DNA from: Hormiphora californensis
Taxonomy: Eukaryota > Animalia > Ctenophora
DNA length: 64,000 nucleotides
Reading direction: 5' to 3'
NCBI GenBank assembly: GCA_020137815.1
Contig: CM035358.1
Span: forward strand, 1,488,001 to 1,552,000
Both the position numbers and the translations under genes were made by a program. How positions within the stretch are numbered: the first letter of the stretch is position 1; the number at the start of each line of letters is the position of its first letter. Shown here piece after piece: positions 63,001-64,000 of this stretch. A model generated the notes under the pieces. The model did not search any database. It had not been told where the DNA came from and worked only from the letters and a program-made list of their open reading frames with translations.

Positions 63001-63854
63001 ATTCAATGTCTACTGATTATCTCTTCTTGCTTTACTTTTCTATTCGTGTGTATGTGTTTTCATTGCTCAATGTTTTGTAACCGTTTAACATTAACTTTTA
63101 AACCACCAAAATTGAGCGTCTTTTAATTGGTTTCTTAACATCTGCTGCTGTTATAGATTGTTGACTGTTGAGACTCAACAAGCTGGAAATTCTTGATCTT
63201 CAGGGACTCTTCATTCCATCGCGGTCAATTATTTGTCTTACCTAGCTGCTAAATCTAGCTAGAATGAGTTCATTTACTCCCGGTTCCTGGATGACTTCTA
63301 AAAGCTACGCCAATTTCATGGAAATTTATCAGCATATATTCTCACACGCCCGGTAGTACAGAATGTGCATTGTGCAGCTCCCATGCTTAGCTGTCACAAG
63401 CAGCACAGACAATAACAGAGTGTGTATTGGGAGAGAGAGAGGGAGAGAGAGAGCTAACAAGTGTGACAAGCTTCATAATAAGGGGGGTGATGTGTGGCTG
63501 TTGTATCTTCCAATCGTTGAATTGTATTGGTTACGAAGTTACCCCTTGCCAGTGCAAGTAACCAATGAATTGTAGGGGAGAGGTTTGATGGACTTATGTT
63601 TATCTTTTTCTTCTATATTGTTCTATATGTTCTATGGACATATTATGTCTTAACTTAAGACAGTTAGTAGGTAAAGAGACGAGTTTACCAAGTCTCTCAC
63701 GACAATTATAAAGTTTAAAAGCCTCTAATCCAACATAAAAGAGTTCCTCCCGTGACAGATATACGGTGCTGTGTGCGTGTCGTCATGTTAGATAAGACAT
63801 TCCTTTCTTCACTTCTTTACCTCCTTTCTGCACATGGTTATCTTTTTTAGCTTC

Positions 63855-63867
63855 CTCTCTATCTCTC

Positions 63868-63911
<44 letters not shown>

Positions 63912-63933
63912 TCTCTCTCCCTATCTCTCTCTC

Positions 63934-63969
<36 letters not shown>

Positions 63970-64000
63970 GCTCTCTCTCTCTCTCTCCCTCACTCTCTCT
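63855..64000. repeat. (CT)n microsatellite
   Basis: Direct reading. Confidence 0.95.

Overview
Eukaryotic (animal) genomic DNA with GT-AG introns, (GA)n microsatellites and many non-autonomous transposons. It is probably a cydippid ctenophore: the intronic MITE translating as [19 protein letters not shown] is one I recall from Pleurobrachia-type gene models, not verified here. Left to right the genes are: a large secreted/surface protein (signal peptide, Cys-rich GCC-like, CCP, about 13 Ig-like domains; minus strand, runs off the window); a poorly resolved minus-strand gene; a 6-exon PIM-family kinase (+); a tight minus-strand cluster (GT92-like glycosyltransferase, ECSIT, VPS53, WRAP73, small unknown gene); and a ZDHHC23-like gene (+) whose catalytic DHHC motif reads DHHN. 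Mobile DNA includes a 5'-truncated CR1-group LINE, an about 8.15 kb element with 41-bp terminal inverted repeats carrying satellites and an ORF1-only LINE-like unit, hAT- and Tc1/mariner-type MITEs, foldback hairpins and a Helitron-like 3' end. Several introns hold tandem arrays built from copies of the neighbouring splice junction. Small indels inside conserved genes suggest consensus errors in the assembly. All protein calls come from manual reading and motif recall; no searches were run.
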